A stretch of 64,000 nucleotides of DNA. It comes from a virus. Location: the IMG/VR virus record IMGVR_UViG_3300044998_001035, positions 14,807 to 78,806 of that record; one strand, given 5' to 3'. Numbering within the stretch: position 1 is the first letter of the stretch; each line of letters starts with the position of its first letter. The notes beneath the pieces were generated by a model. The model searched no databases. It was not told the origin of the DNA and worked only from the letters and a program-made list of their open reading frames with translations. This document shows positions 9,786 to 18,414 of the stretch, piece after piece. The position numbers and the translations under genes were made by a program.

Positions 9786-10702
9786 ACGCGAACGCGAGCG
9801 CGAATGTCGTCGAGATCCCGGTCGGCCGGGTCCGGCCGATGCGCGGCCAGCCGCGTGTGCACTTCGACCGGGAGTCGATCCGGCTGCTGGCCGAGTCGAT
9901 CCGGGAGGCCGGCCAGGTGGTGCCGGCGAAGGTCTGCGAGGTCCGCGGCGACCCCGACGCGACCCACGAATTGATCGACGGCGAGCGGCGCTGGACGGCG
10001 TGCAAGCTGGCCGGTGTCGCGACGCTCAAGGCCGAGGTCGTGGACGAGCCCGACCCGGAGCGGCGTTACCTGCTCTCGGTGATCGCGAACGCCGCGCGCG
10101 AGGGGCACACGCCGACGGAGACGGCGCGCGTCTGCGAGCGTCTGACGCGGACGATGACCGCGGAGGCCGCCGCGCGCGCGATGGGTCGGAGCGTCGCCTA
10201 CGTCTATCAACATCTGTCGATACTCAAGCTCCACCCCGACCTGCGCGACGCGATGGAGCCGGCGGTGCCGCGCGACCGCCGGCTCCTTATGACCGTGGCG
10301 TGCCAACTCGCGCGGCTGCGCCACCACGAGCAGCGCCAGGCGTGGGCGAAGATCCTGGCGGCGCGCGAGGGGTCGTCGCGGGCCATCCCGCTCGCGACGA
10401 TCGCCCAGGCCGTGCTGGCGGGCGAGGAGGTCGGCGGCGGCCCGGCCGCGGCCGGGCGTCCCCCGGGCTCGGGGCCGGGGACCGCCCGCCCCCACGACTA
10501 CAGGCGAGACTTCGAGCGCAAGGCGTCGCGGGTCCGCCTCCAGCTCGCGAGGGAGGAGCCGGCGACGCTGCGCGCGGCGGCGGCGCGCTGGCCGTCGCGG
10601 GCGCGCGAGGCGGCGGCGGCCGACCTTGAGGCGGCGGCGGCGCTGGCGTCGGCCCTGGCGGCGGCCGTCCGGGGCGGCGGGCCGGCGCGGGGGGGCGGCT
10701 GA
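9782..10702 (+). CDS. ParB/Spo0J-like protein
   Basis: GQPRVHFD, LAESIREAGQVVP, LIDGERRWTA, ANAARE, then an HTH. Confidence 0.88.
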   Translation: MNANASANVVEIPVGRVRPMRGQPRVHFDRESIRLLAESIREAGQVVPAKVCEVRGDPDATHELIDGERRWTACKLAGVATLKAEVVDEPDPERRYLLSVIANAAREGHTPTETARVCERLTRTMTAEAAARAMGRSVAYVYQHLSILKLHPDLRDAMEPAVPRDRRLLMTVACQLARLRHHEQRQAWAKILAAREGSSRAIPLATIAQAVLAGEEVGGGPAAAGRPPGSGPGTARPHDYRRDFERKASRVRLQLAREEPATLRAAAARWPSRAREAAAADLEAAAALASALAAAVRGGGPARGGG

Positions 10703-10703
10703 G

Positions 10704-11330
10704 TTGCGCCGCAAGCGGCCCCGGCCGGCCGGCTACCACTGGGACGCCCGCGAGCCGGAGATCCACCCGTCGAACGGGCGCCGGTCCTGCCGCTGGTGCC
10801 GCGGCCCGGTGGAGCCGCCGCGCCGGAACTGGTGCGGCAACCCGGCATGCGTCGAGGCGTGGAAGATCCGGACGGACCCGGCGGCGCTGCGCGCGGCGGT
10901 CTTCGCCCGCGACCGCGGCGTCTGCGCCCGCTGCGGCCTCGACGGGGCGGCGCTCGACCCCGACGCGATCCGGCGCGAGCTGGAGGCGGCGGCCGAGGCC
11001 TTGCGCCGCGAGTGGGCGCGGCCGGGCCCGCCGCCCCGCCCGGACGGCCTGCGCCGGCTCCTCGACGCGCTCGGCGCGGCGCTCGAATGGCGGGCGCGGA
11101 ACAACGTGCCGGCGCGCGAGCCGGCCTGGCAGGTCGACCACGTCACGCCGGTCAGCGAGGGCGGGGACTACTTCGAGATGGCGAACCTCGCCACGCTCTG
11201 CGTGCCGTGCCACCGCGACAAGTCGCGGGCCGAGGCGCGTGCGGCTCGCGAGGCCGGGACGGCGGCGCGGTGCGAGCGGCGCCGGGCGAAGACGCGGGCG
11301 AAGGTCGCGGCGCGTCGGAGGATGGCGTAG
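10704..11330 (+). CDS. HNH endonuclease
   Basis: CRWC, VFARDRGVCARCG, WQVDHVTPVSEGG...NLATLCVPCH. Confidence 0.88.
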   Translation: MRRKRPRPAGYHWDAREPEIHPSNGRRSCRWCRGPVEPPRRNWCGNPACVEAWKIRTDPAALRAAVFARDRGVCARCGLDGAALDPDAIRRELEAAAEALRREWARPGPPPRPDGLRRLLDALGAALEWRARNNVPAREPAWQVDHVTPVSEGGDYFEMANLATLCVPCHRDKSRAEARAAREAGTAARCERRRAKTRAKVAARRRMA

Positions 11331-11342
11331 GCGTGAAGGAAG

Positions 11343-11907
11343 GTGGATAGCACGATGGCGATCAGGGTCAGGGTCAGGGTCGGGATTGAGGGCGGGGTTC
11401 AGGATGAGGTCATCACGGCGGACAAGCTCAGGGAGGGCGAGATCGGGATCGTCATCAGCAGCCGTGCCGGGCAGTATTGCCCCGTCGAGCCCGGGGATGT
11501 CGCCGTTGGGACGCGAGACTCAAGCGTGATCTTCCCGCGCCATTGGGCACATTGCGTTGCCGGGAAGGAGTTCAACGTTCGGAGGCGACGCCCCGGCGAA
11601 GAGATCGTGATCGGGTCTGGGGGCGAGAAAATCAGGTGGGTCCGGGCGGTCGAGAATGATGTGGAGATCACGGGGGACGATCTCTGCACCGGCGAGTTCG
11701 CGATCACCCTGGAGCCATGCGAGGCGCGACGCATTTTTGGGGTCTGCAAAGATGGCCGTCCCGGCCGGGACCGTCGCCACGTATGCGGGAAACGGGGGGT
11801 GGATCGCCTGGATGGGGGACACGGCCTATGACGACCTGGATCTTTCCAGGGTCCGAATGCGTCGGCGCCGCAAGGGGGAGCGGGTCGTGTTCGAGGAGGT
11901 GGGCTGA
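11343..11907 (+). CDS. Hypothetical two-repeat protein, apparently split by a +1 frameshift near 11735
   Basis: ORF 11343-11831 and the end of ORF 11656-11907 share the motifs RRRRPGEEIVI / RRRRKGERVVF; lower GC. Confidence 0.45.
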
Positions 11908-12185
11908 TGAGGCCGAATAGTCGCAGGATCAGGTTCGAGGCCGTGCCGCCGCCCGCGAAGGCCGTGCCCGATCCGCCGGGCCGCCGGGATCGGATCGAGG
12001 GCGTCGTTGCGCGTGGCTGGCTCGCGGTCATGGCCTCCGCGACCGCCGCAATCCTGGCGACGGCGCAGGCGGTCCTCGCCTGGGCGGACCCCGTCGCGGC
12101 GATCGCCGGCTCGCTCGCGCTCGCCGTCCTGGGCATGACGAGTTGGTCCCTGTTCCGCCTCGCGGCCGAGAGGGACCGTGGATGA
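11907..12185 (+). CDS. Small membrane protein
   Basis: Two hydrophobic helices. Confidence 0.5.
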   Translation: MRPNSRRIRFEAVPPPAKAVPDPPGRRDRIEGVVARGWLAVMASATAAILATAQAVLAWADPVAAIAGSLALAVLGMTSWSLFRLAAERDRG

Positions 12186-12257
12186 GGCGGTTTCCGGCCC
12201 CGGCGCGTGCCGGCGCGGGGGCCCTGCGTTCGACTTCGATTCCTGGAGGCAGGCGTC

Positions 12258-13004
12258 ATGCGATTCCATTCCCAGAACCTGACGGACGGGCGGCTCCCCA
12301 CCTGGCGCCACGGGCGGGCCTGGCTCGGGCCCTGGGGCTTCGAGTGGGGCGTCTTCCGGTGGTACTCGTGGTTCAGCGCGAGGGTCTATAAGGGGGGATA
12401 TGAGGGGGACCGCGTCGGGTTCCACGTCGCCGTCCCCTGGTTCTTCCTGTTCGTCTACAGGTCGTGCGGCCGGTCGTTCGCCGCCCGCGAGGCCGGGGCC
12501 TACTGGTTCGGCGGGAGCCTCGTCCTGCTCCCCTGGGTCGGCGACGCCGAGGACCGGGCCTATGGGCGCGCGCCGCGCCGCGGGCCGATCTCCCTGGACG
12601 TCCGGCGATGGATCTGCGGGGCCCCGCGCGTGGAGCGGTCCGAAGGGGAGCCGGTCGCGGTGCTCGTGCCGATGCCGGAGGGCTGCTACCGGGCGACCGT
12701 CACGCGCGAGGAGACGACCAGGGTCTACCGCCTCGGCATCGCGAGGCGCGAGACCTGGTTCTGGCTGCGGGTCGACCGCCCGGGCGGCATCCCGTTCGCC
12801 GGCAAGGGCGAAAACGGTTGGGACTGCGGGGACGACGGCCTGTGCGGGATCGGCGGCGAGACGCCCGAGGAGGCGATCGGCCGTGCCGTGGCGTCGGCGC
12901 TCAAGACGCGCGGCCGATACGGCTGCGCGTCGCACCTCCGCGGCGCCGCCCCGGTGATGGCCCCCGCCGATGCCTCGCCCGGTGGGGAGGTGACGCCATG
13001 CTGA
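12258..13004 (+). CDS. Hypothetical protein
   Basis: GGAGG RBS; aromatic-rich; GKGENGWDCGDDG motif. Confidence 0.6.
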   Translation: MRFHSQNLTDGRLPTWRHGRAWLGPWGFEWGVFRWYSWFSARVYKGGYEGDRVGFHVAVPWFFLFVYRSCGRSFAAREAGAYWFGGSLVLLPWVGDAEDRAYGRAPRRGPISLDVRRWICGAPRVERSEGEPVAVLVPMPEGCYRATVTREETTRVYRLGIARRETWFWLRVDRPGGIPFAGKGENGWDCGDDGLCGIGGETPEEAIGRAVASALKTRGRYGCASHLRGAAPVMAPADASPGGEVTPC

Positions 13005-13799
13005 TCGGGCTCGATCGCCTGCCGCCCGAGGGCCGGGCCGAGTGGCTGGAGTGGGAGGCAATCGACGTGGCCTGCGGCGTCTGGCAGTCCAAGGTGGACC
13101 GCTCGCGGCGGGCGATCGCGGAACTGGCCGGCTCCGTCCCGTGCTTCTGCGCCGAGTCGTGGGGGAAGGACGGGGTCGTGCTGGCCCACCTGTGCCGGGC
13201 CGTGAACATGTCCATCCCGCTCGTCCACTTCCGGGCCCGGGGCCCGCGCGACCCCGACGCGGACGCGACCCGGGACGCCTACCTGGCGGCCTTCCCGGGG
13301 CAGCGCGTCGTCGAGGTCGAGGTGGACGCCGGCCCGCCCGGCGTTGCCGACGACGGGAACGGGGCGGCGGGGCCTCCCGCCGCACGAGCTGGACCGCGAG
13401 ACGGACGCGGCTTGGAACGCGGCGATCCGGGCCTGCGCCCGGCGCCACGGCCCCCGGCACGTCCCCGGGATTCGCGCCGAGGAGTCGTCGGGCCGGCTGA
13501 TCCGGCAGTGGGTGTACGGGGAGGCGAGCCCCAACGGCTGCGCCCCGATCACGCGTTGGTCGACCGCCGACGTGTTCGCGTACCTGGCGACGCGTCGGCT
13601 GCCGGTCCACCCGGCCTACGCGATGCTCGGGGGCGGGCGATGGCCCCGGGAGCGGCTCCGGGTCGCCGAGATCGGGGACACCCACGGCGCCGCGGGCGGG
13701 CGCCGCGAGTGGGAGCGCGAATACTACGGGGACGTGCTCCGCAGGGCCCTGGCGGGCCGGCTCAGCCCCCCCGCGGGGCCGACGCGACCGACACCGTGA
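12998..13799 (+). pseudogene. PAPS reductase (CysH)-like protein, split by a frameshift at about 13330-13370
   Basis: PP-loop SWGKDGVVL in one frame; GIRAEES, APITRWSTADVFAYL, PVHPAY and RLRV in the next frame. Confidence 0.75.
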
Positions 13800-14616
13800 C
13801 CGTCGCGGGCCCCGGCACGTACAGCCACGCATAGCCCCGGTCGTCCACGGCCAGCTCCCGGGCCCTTCCGTCCAGCGAGATCGACCAGCCCCGGCCCGGC
13901 GCCATCGCGAGCAGGTAGACGTCCGCCCCATTGGCGCCGATCGAGACGGGGGCGGGGTCGAGCCCGGTCCGGCCCGCGAGCATCAGGACCAGCGCGTCCC
14001 CCAGCCCCGGCCGGCGGACCAGCACCCGGGGCGTCTCGGCGACCTGGACGGCCGCGCCGGGCCCCGGCGGGGCGACGACCGGGGGCGCGGGCCCCGGGGC
14101 GGGCGCGGGGGGCGGCGGTGCCGGGACGGGTGCCGGCGACGTCCCGGGGCCGCCCGCGAGCGCGACGAGCCCGGCCCAGACGGCGCCCGCGGCGGCGCCG
14201 TCGAATCGCCAGCGGGGGGCGTCCTCGCCGCACCACAGGTACACCTCGGGGACGGGGCCGGCCGGCGCGTCCCACGCGTCGCGCAGCGCCAGCCGGACGA
14301 CGGCGCCGGGGCGCTCGTCGAGGTACAGGCGGTCGGCCACGACGCGCCGCGCCGCCGCCTCCGCGGGCGCGGCCGGGACGCGGGGCAGCGCCGCCAGCGC
14401 CGCCCAGATCGCGTCCCGCTCCGCGTCCTGGAAGTCGCGCGCGCCCTGGCCCCGGAAGTAGGCCGTCAGCACGCGCCGCGTCGGGGCGGACGGGTCGGCC
14501 CGGAGCAGCGCGAGGTAGATCGGGCTGGCGGGGTCGTCGTCGAGGTAGAGCGCGTCGGCGATCACGTGGCGCACGGCGGGGGCCTCGGAAGTTTCGGGTT
14601 TGAGTCTACAATTCAT
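13762..14616 (-). CDS. Hypothetical protein with an internal duplicated domain
   Basis: RHVIADALYLDD...IWAALAAL repeated as RRVVADRLYLDE...VWAGLVAL; start uncertain. Confidence 0.6.
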   Translation of the reverse strand: MNCRLKPETSEAPAVRHVIADALYLDDDPASPIYLALLRADPSAPTRRVLTAYFRGQGARDFQDAERDAIWAALAALPRVPAAPAEAAARRVVADRLYLDERPGAVVRLALRDAWDAPAGPVPEVYLWCGEDAPRWRFDGAAAGAVWAGLVALAGGPGTSPAPVPAPPPPAPAPGPAPPVVAPPGPGAAVQVAETPRVLVRRPGLGDALVLMLAGRTGLDPAPVSIGANGADVYLLAMAPGRGWSISLDGRARELAVDDRGYAWLYVPGPATVTVSVASAPRGG

Positions 14617-14649
14617 CAGGTATTCTAACCGAATTCGCAATAGAACCCA

Positions 14650-14678
14650 TTGACCCGCGCCGGCGGCGCTGGTAGACA
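14650..14678 (+). promoter_or_regulatory. Sigma70-like promoter of the RAMP/pentamer-array operon
   Basis: TTGACC-17 nt-TAGACA with extended TG, at the edge of an AT-rich island. Confidence 0.55.
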
Positions 14679-14767
14679 TGGGTCATGGTGATGTAAGGCG
14701 GGCATGGCGGGCATGGCGCGGCATCGATTGGCACCGGGGACGGGCGGCACGCGAGGAGACGAGCGGC

Positions 14768-15247
14768 ATGGAAATGGCGAGGCGATACCCGCTGGACTTC
14801 GACGCGATCCGGAAGGGGGACGTGCTCACGGCGGACGTCCTCGAGGAAATCTTCGGGGTCGCCCGGTCGCGCCGGGAGTACAGCAGCCGGCAGGTCGGGC
14901 TGGCGAAGCGGATCGAGCGGGAGCTGGCGCTGCGGGGCCGGCCCGCGACCGTGCGGTGCGTGGGGCCGGAGGTGCGCGTGCTGCTGGACGGGGAGGCGTC
15001 GTCGCGCAACGGCCGGCTGTTCGTCCAGTACCGCGGGAGGATGAGCCGGCGGCACGTCAAGATGGTCGAGGTGGACGTCGCGAACCTGACGCCCGAGGAG
15101 CGGGACCGGCACGGCCGGGCGCTGGTCGGCCAGGCGGCCCAGCTCTGCGGGCTCAGGGAGCGCCGCGTCGAGGCTGCGGCGGCGCACAGGCGGTCCACGC
15201 CGGGCCTCGACGCGGGCGGCGCGGGGAGCCTGCCGCCGCCCCCGTGA
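14768..15247 (+). CDS. Unknown accessory protein of the RAMP/pentamer-array operon
   Basis: GAGGAG RBS; 159 aa; the stop abuts the array. Confidence 0.7.
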   Translation: MEMARRYPLDFDAIRKGDVLTADVLEEIFGVARSRREYSSRQVGLAKRIERELALRGRPATVRCVGPEVRVLLDGEASSRNGRLFVQYRGRMSRRHVKMVEVDVANLTPEERDRHGRALVGQAAQLCGLRERRVEAAAAHRRSTPGLDAGGAGSLPPPP

Positions 15248-15678
15248 GGGCCGGCGTGACGGCACAGGGCATGGCGAGGCGGGGCATGGCTGGGCTGGGC
15301 GGGGCAGGGCAGGGCGTGGCGCGGCAGGGCCCGGCTGGGCAGGGGTCAGTGTTTATACCTGCGGCGTGCGGATATCCCCGGTTCGACCCCGGGGCGCCGC
15401 CATCCCGGTATGGCGTGGCATGGCTGGCCAAGGCGGGGCTGGGCCCGGCGGGGCGGGGCTTGGCTGGGCGAGGCAGGGGTCAGTGTTTATGCCTGCGGCG
15501 AGTGGCAAGGCCCCGGTTCGACCCCGGGGCGTCGCGATCCGGCAGGGCGTGGCGTGGCATGGCGAGGCAGGGCGTGGCTCGGCTGGGCGGGGCTCGGCTG
15601 GGCGGGGCTCGGCTGGACAGGGGTCAGTGTTTATACCTGCGGCGTGCGGATATCCCCGGTTCGACCCCGGGGCGCCGC
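15248..15678 (+). ncRNA. Putative guide-RNA array: 3 units of (GGC-NN)14-16 plus a constant tRNA-like tail
   Basis: Pentamer tracts at 15268-15342, 15407-15476 and 15541-15620; constant tails at 15343-15400, 15477-15535 and 15621-15678 (tails 1 and 3 identical). Confidence 0.8.
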
Positions 15679-15742
15679 GATGGGGTGCGGGACGTCCCTG
15701 GCCCCGGTCGGGTCCGGTTTTGCATTGGTGGAGGAGGACATC

Positions 15743-16342
15743 ATGCTCATGCACAAGCACGTCTCGTTCATGGTCCGCGGGCTTTCCCCGCTGCTGCTGC
15801 ACAACGGGCAGATCGCGAACCCGCTGAACAAGTATGCCAAGGCGCTCAAGGAGATCTCGGCCAAGCGCAAGAAGACCGACGCCGACTACGAGGCGATGGC
15901 GGAGATCGAGTGGATGGGCGGCCTCTACCTCGACGAGCACTCGCGCCCGATCCTCCCGGGCGAGGCGATCGAGTCCGCGTTCCTCAAGGCGGCCAAGCAG
16001 ATCAGGATGGGCGAGAAGGCCAAGGCCGGGATCATCTCAGACGGCATGTGGCCGATCATCCACGCGGGCCCCAAGGACCTGGAGGCGCTGTCGAAGGACC
16101 CCAGGTTCCGGGACACCCGCCGCGTCCGGGTCGGGTCGGCGTCGGTGATGCGCACCCGGCCGATCTTCGTGCCGTGGTCCCTGGAGTTCGAGATCAGCTA
16201 CCTGCCCGACCTGTTCAACGAGAAGCAGGTCGTGGACACGGTCGTCACGATGGGCCGAGTCATCGGCGTCGGGGACTACACGCCGAAGTACGGCCGGTTC
16301 GCCGTCGAGTCCTCGAAGGCCGTCGCGCACAAGGCCGCATGA
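15743..16342 (+). CDS. Stand-alone RAMP/Cas7-like RNA-binding protein (candidate effector of the array)
   Basis: N-terminal strand VRGLSPLLLHNG, PILPGEAIESAFLKAA (RAMP P.IPG..LKG-like) and C-terminal Gly-rich loop IGVGDYTPKYGRFAV; GGAGGAGG RBS. Confidence 0.75.
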   Translation: MLMHKHVSFMVRGLSPLLLHNGQIANPLNKYAKALKEISAKRKKTDADYEAMAEIEWMGGLYLDEHSRPILPGEAIESAFLKAAKQIRMGEKAKAGIISDGMWPIIHAGPKDLEALSKDPRFRDTRRVRVGSASVMRTRPIFVPWSLEFEISYLPDLFNEKQVVDTVVTMGRVIGVGDYTPKYGRFAVESSKAVAHKAA

Positions 16343-16351
16343 CCGCCCCGG

Positions 16352-16380
16352 CCCTGGCGATGCGCGGCGCATCGCCAGGG
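16352..16380 (+). terminator. 13-bp perfect hairpin closing the RAMP operon (no U-tract)
   Basis: CCCTGGCGATGCG-cgg-CGCATCGCCAGGG. Confidence 0.5.
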
Positions 16381-16484
16381 GGCGCGCGGGACGCCGCGAT
16401 GCGCCGCGCATCACTCAAGGCGCGGCGCCGGGCGCGCCGATAGACGGGCCGTGGGGCCGAAGGCGCCCCCGGAGGCCCGCCATC

Positions 16485-16716
16485 ATGTACACGGTCGCGT
16501 TCCTGAATCAGAAGGGGGGCGTCGGCAAGACGTCCTCCGCGTACCACCTCGCGGGGGAGCTGGCGCGGCGCGACCTGCGCGTGCTCGCCTGCGACCTGGA
16601 CCCGCAGGCGTCGCTCACTCAGGGGCGAGTTCCTGGTCCGGCTCGACGACCCGCACGCCGACGGCGCGGCGTTCGCGGAGGCCCTGCGGGCCGCGCTCGC
16701 GAAGGCCGCCGGCTAG
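16485..16716 (+). pseudogene. ParA N-terminal remnant
   Basis: MYTVAFLNQKGGVGKT...VLACDLDPQASLT, then similarity stops after about 47 aa. Confidence 0.75.
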
Positions 16717-16934
16717 GCCGGGCGGCACACACGGCGCCCGGATCGCGATTGACTCCGGGCTCGAGTCGTGTTGAGATCGGGATGGGCCGGCCGCGACGAG
16801 CGCCGGCCCGGCGCGGCCCGCCGGCCGTCGCCGCCGGGGTTCGTCGGCCACCCGGGGGGGGATGGCCGGCGTCGCCCCGAGCGGGGCGCCCGCGCGGGCC
16901 GTCGCCGCACCCGGGCGAGGGGGAGGAAGGCGCC

Positions 16935-17468
16935 GTGATCCTCCGCTACGACTCCGAGGCCGGCACGGTGGTCGCCGAGCCGCCACGCGTCTGGGTGCTG
17001 GTCGGCCAGGTCGCCTCCGGCAAGAGCACGTACGCCGCGCGCCGCGCCCGCCGCGGCGCGATCGCGGTCTGCCACGACGATCTGGTCCGCGCCGTCCACG
17101 CGGGCGGGGCCCACGAGGCGGGGCTGCGCGACTTCTACCGCGCGGCCGAGGAGCACCTGGCGTGGTCGGCGCTGGCGGCCGGCCGGCCCGTGGTGGTGGA
17201 CCGGACGAACCTGACGGCGGCGGAGCGGCGGCGCTGGGTGGCGCTGGCGGGGCGGGCGGGCGTCGAGGCCGTGGCGGTGGCGTTCCCGCGCGAGCGCTGG
17301 CCGGTCCACGCGCGTCGTCGTCACGAGCACGACGCGCGCGGCCTGACCCTGGCGGGCTGGGGCCGGGTCGCGCTGCGGCTGGAGCGGCAGGCGCTGGCGG
17401 AGCCGCTGGACGCGGCCGGGGAGGGGTTCGCGCGGCGCGTCGACGCCGGCCCGGCCCGGCGCCGGTGA
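16935..17468 (+). CDS. P-loop kinase (AAA_33/polynucleotide-kinase-like)
   Basis: VLVGQVASGKSTYA, HDDL, VVVDRTNL; GGAGG RBS. Confidence 0.8.
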   Translation: MILRYDSEAGTVVAEPPRVWVLVGQVASGKSTYAARRARRGAIAVCHDDLVRAVHAGGAHEAGLRDFYRAAEEHLAWSALAAGRPVVVDRTNLTAAERRRWVALAGRAGVEAVAVAFPRERWPVHARRRHEHDARGLTLAGWGRVALRLERQALAEPLDAAGEGFARRVDAGPARRR

Positions 17469-18019
17469 GGCTGCGCCGGGTGGTGACGGGCGGCCAGTCG
17501 GGCGCCGACGTCGCGGCCTGGCGCGCGGCCCGCGCGGCGGGGCTCCTCACCTCGGGCTGGATGCCCGCCGGCTACCTGACCGAGGACGGCCCGAGGCCGG
17601 GATACGCCGAGGAGTTCGGCGCGCTCTGCCTGGACGGGCCTGCGCCGTCCGGCGCGGAGCTGGGGCGGCAGTACGCCGCGCGGCGTCGGATGAACGCGGC
17701 GTGGGCGGACTGCGCGCTGCTGCTGGGGGACGCGGGCAGCCGCGGGGGCCGCGGCCTCGTCGCGGACTGCCGCGCCCTGGGCGTGCCGCTGCTGCACTGC
17801 GGGCCGGGCGGGGTCGCGCCCTCCGTCGCGGCCGACTGGGTCCTGTCCCACGACCCGCTCGTGCTGCTCGTGGCCGGGAACCGCGGCTCGGCCGGGCCCG
17901 ACGTCGAGCCCCGGGCCGGCCGGTTCGTGCTGGCCGTGCTCCGGGCGCTGGCGGACGCGGACGCGACCCTGGGTGCGATCCTGGCGTCCCCGCCGCCGCG
18001 CCTCGCGACCGACCGATAA
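17465..18019 (+). CDS. SLOG-superfamily (putative molybdenum carrier-like) protein
   Basis: VVTGGQSGADVAA, GWMPAGYLTEDG, RRRMNAAWAD, LVAGNR. Confidence 0.8.
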   Translation: MRLRRVVTGGQSGADVAAWRAARAAGLLTSGWMPAGYLTEDGPRPGYAEEFGALCLDGPAPSGAELGRQYAARRRMNAAWADCALLLGDAGSRGGRGLVADCRALGVPLLHCGPGGVAPSVAADWVLSHDPLVLLVAGNRGSAGPDVEPRAGRFVLAVLRALADADATLGAILASPPPRLATDR

Positions 18020-18051
18020 CGGAAGTTATGTGCGCCCCGACGCCCGGGGCG

Positions 18052-18300
18052 TCACGCCGACGGCGGGAGCCCGTCCGCCAGGCGCCGGACCTCCCGGGCG
18101 ATGTCGCGCTCCGCGGCCTGGGCCGCCAGCGCGGTCACGTACTCCGCCACGCTGACCCCGGTCAGGCTCGCGGCCAGCTTCGCCCGCTCCAGGACCGCCG
18201 GGTCGATCCGCACCGCGGCCGCGTGCCTGCGCACCTCCGACTTCTTGCCCACGCCGGTCCCGCTCCCGCCCCCGTCCCCGCTCCCGTCCCCGCTCGCCAT
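18052..18300 (-). CDS. Ribbon-helix-helix DNA-binding protein
   Basis: AVRIDPAVLERAKLAASLTGVSVAEYV. Confidence 0.7.
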   Translation of the reverse strand: MASGDGSGDGGGSGTGVGKKSEVRRHAAAVRIDPAVLERAKLAASLTGVSVAEYVTALAAQAAERDIAREVRRLADGLPPSA

Positions 18301-18414
18301 AACTCCCTCCCCCCGAGATCCCCGCCCGCGCCGGCCCGCGCCGACGACACTCCTCAGCATCGTAGGCGGCCCCGCCGACTGTGAACAGTGGCAAAAAAAA
18401 TTCCTGGCACACTG

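Noticed and set aside
15248-15678. Canonical CRISPR array
   Set aside because: The repeats are 58 nt and the intervening segments are 64-80 nt periodic GGC-NN tracts, not foreign spacers; no cas1/cas2
15153-15940. ORFs crossing the array (15366-15827, the 15410 extension, 15353-15940, 15153-15431)
   Set aside because: Translations are low-complexity by-products of a 5-nt period; the strong RBS places the real start at 15743
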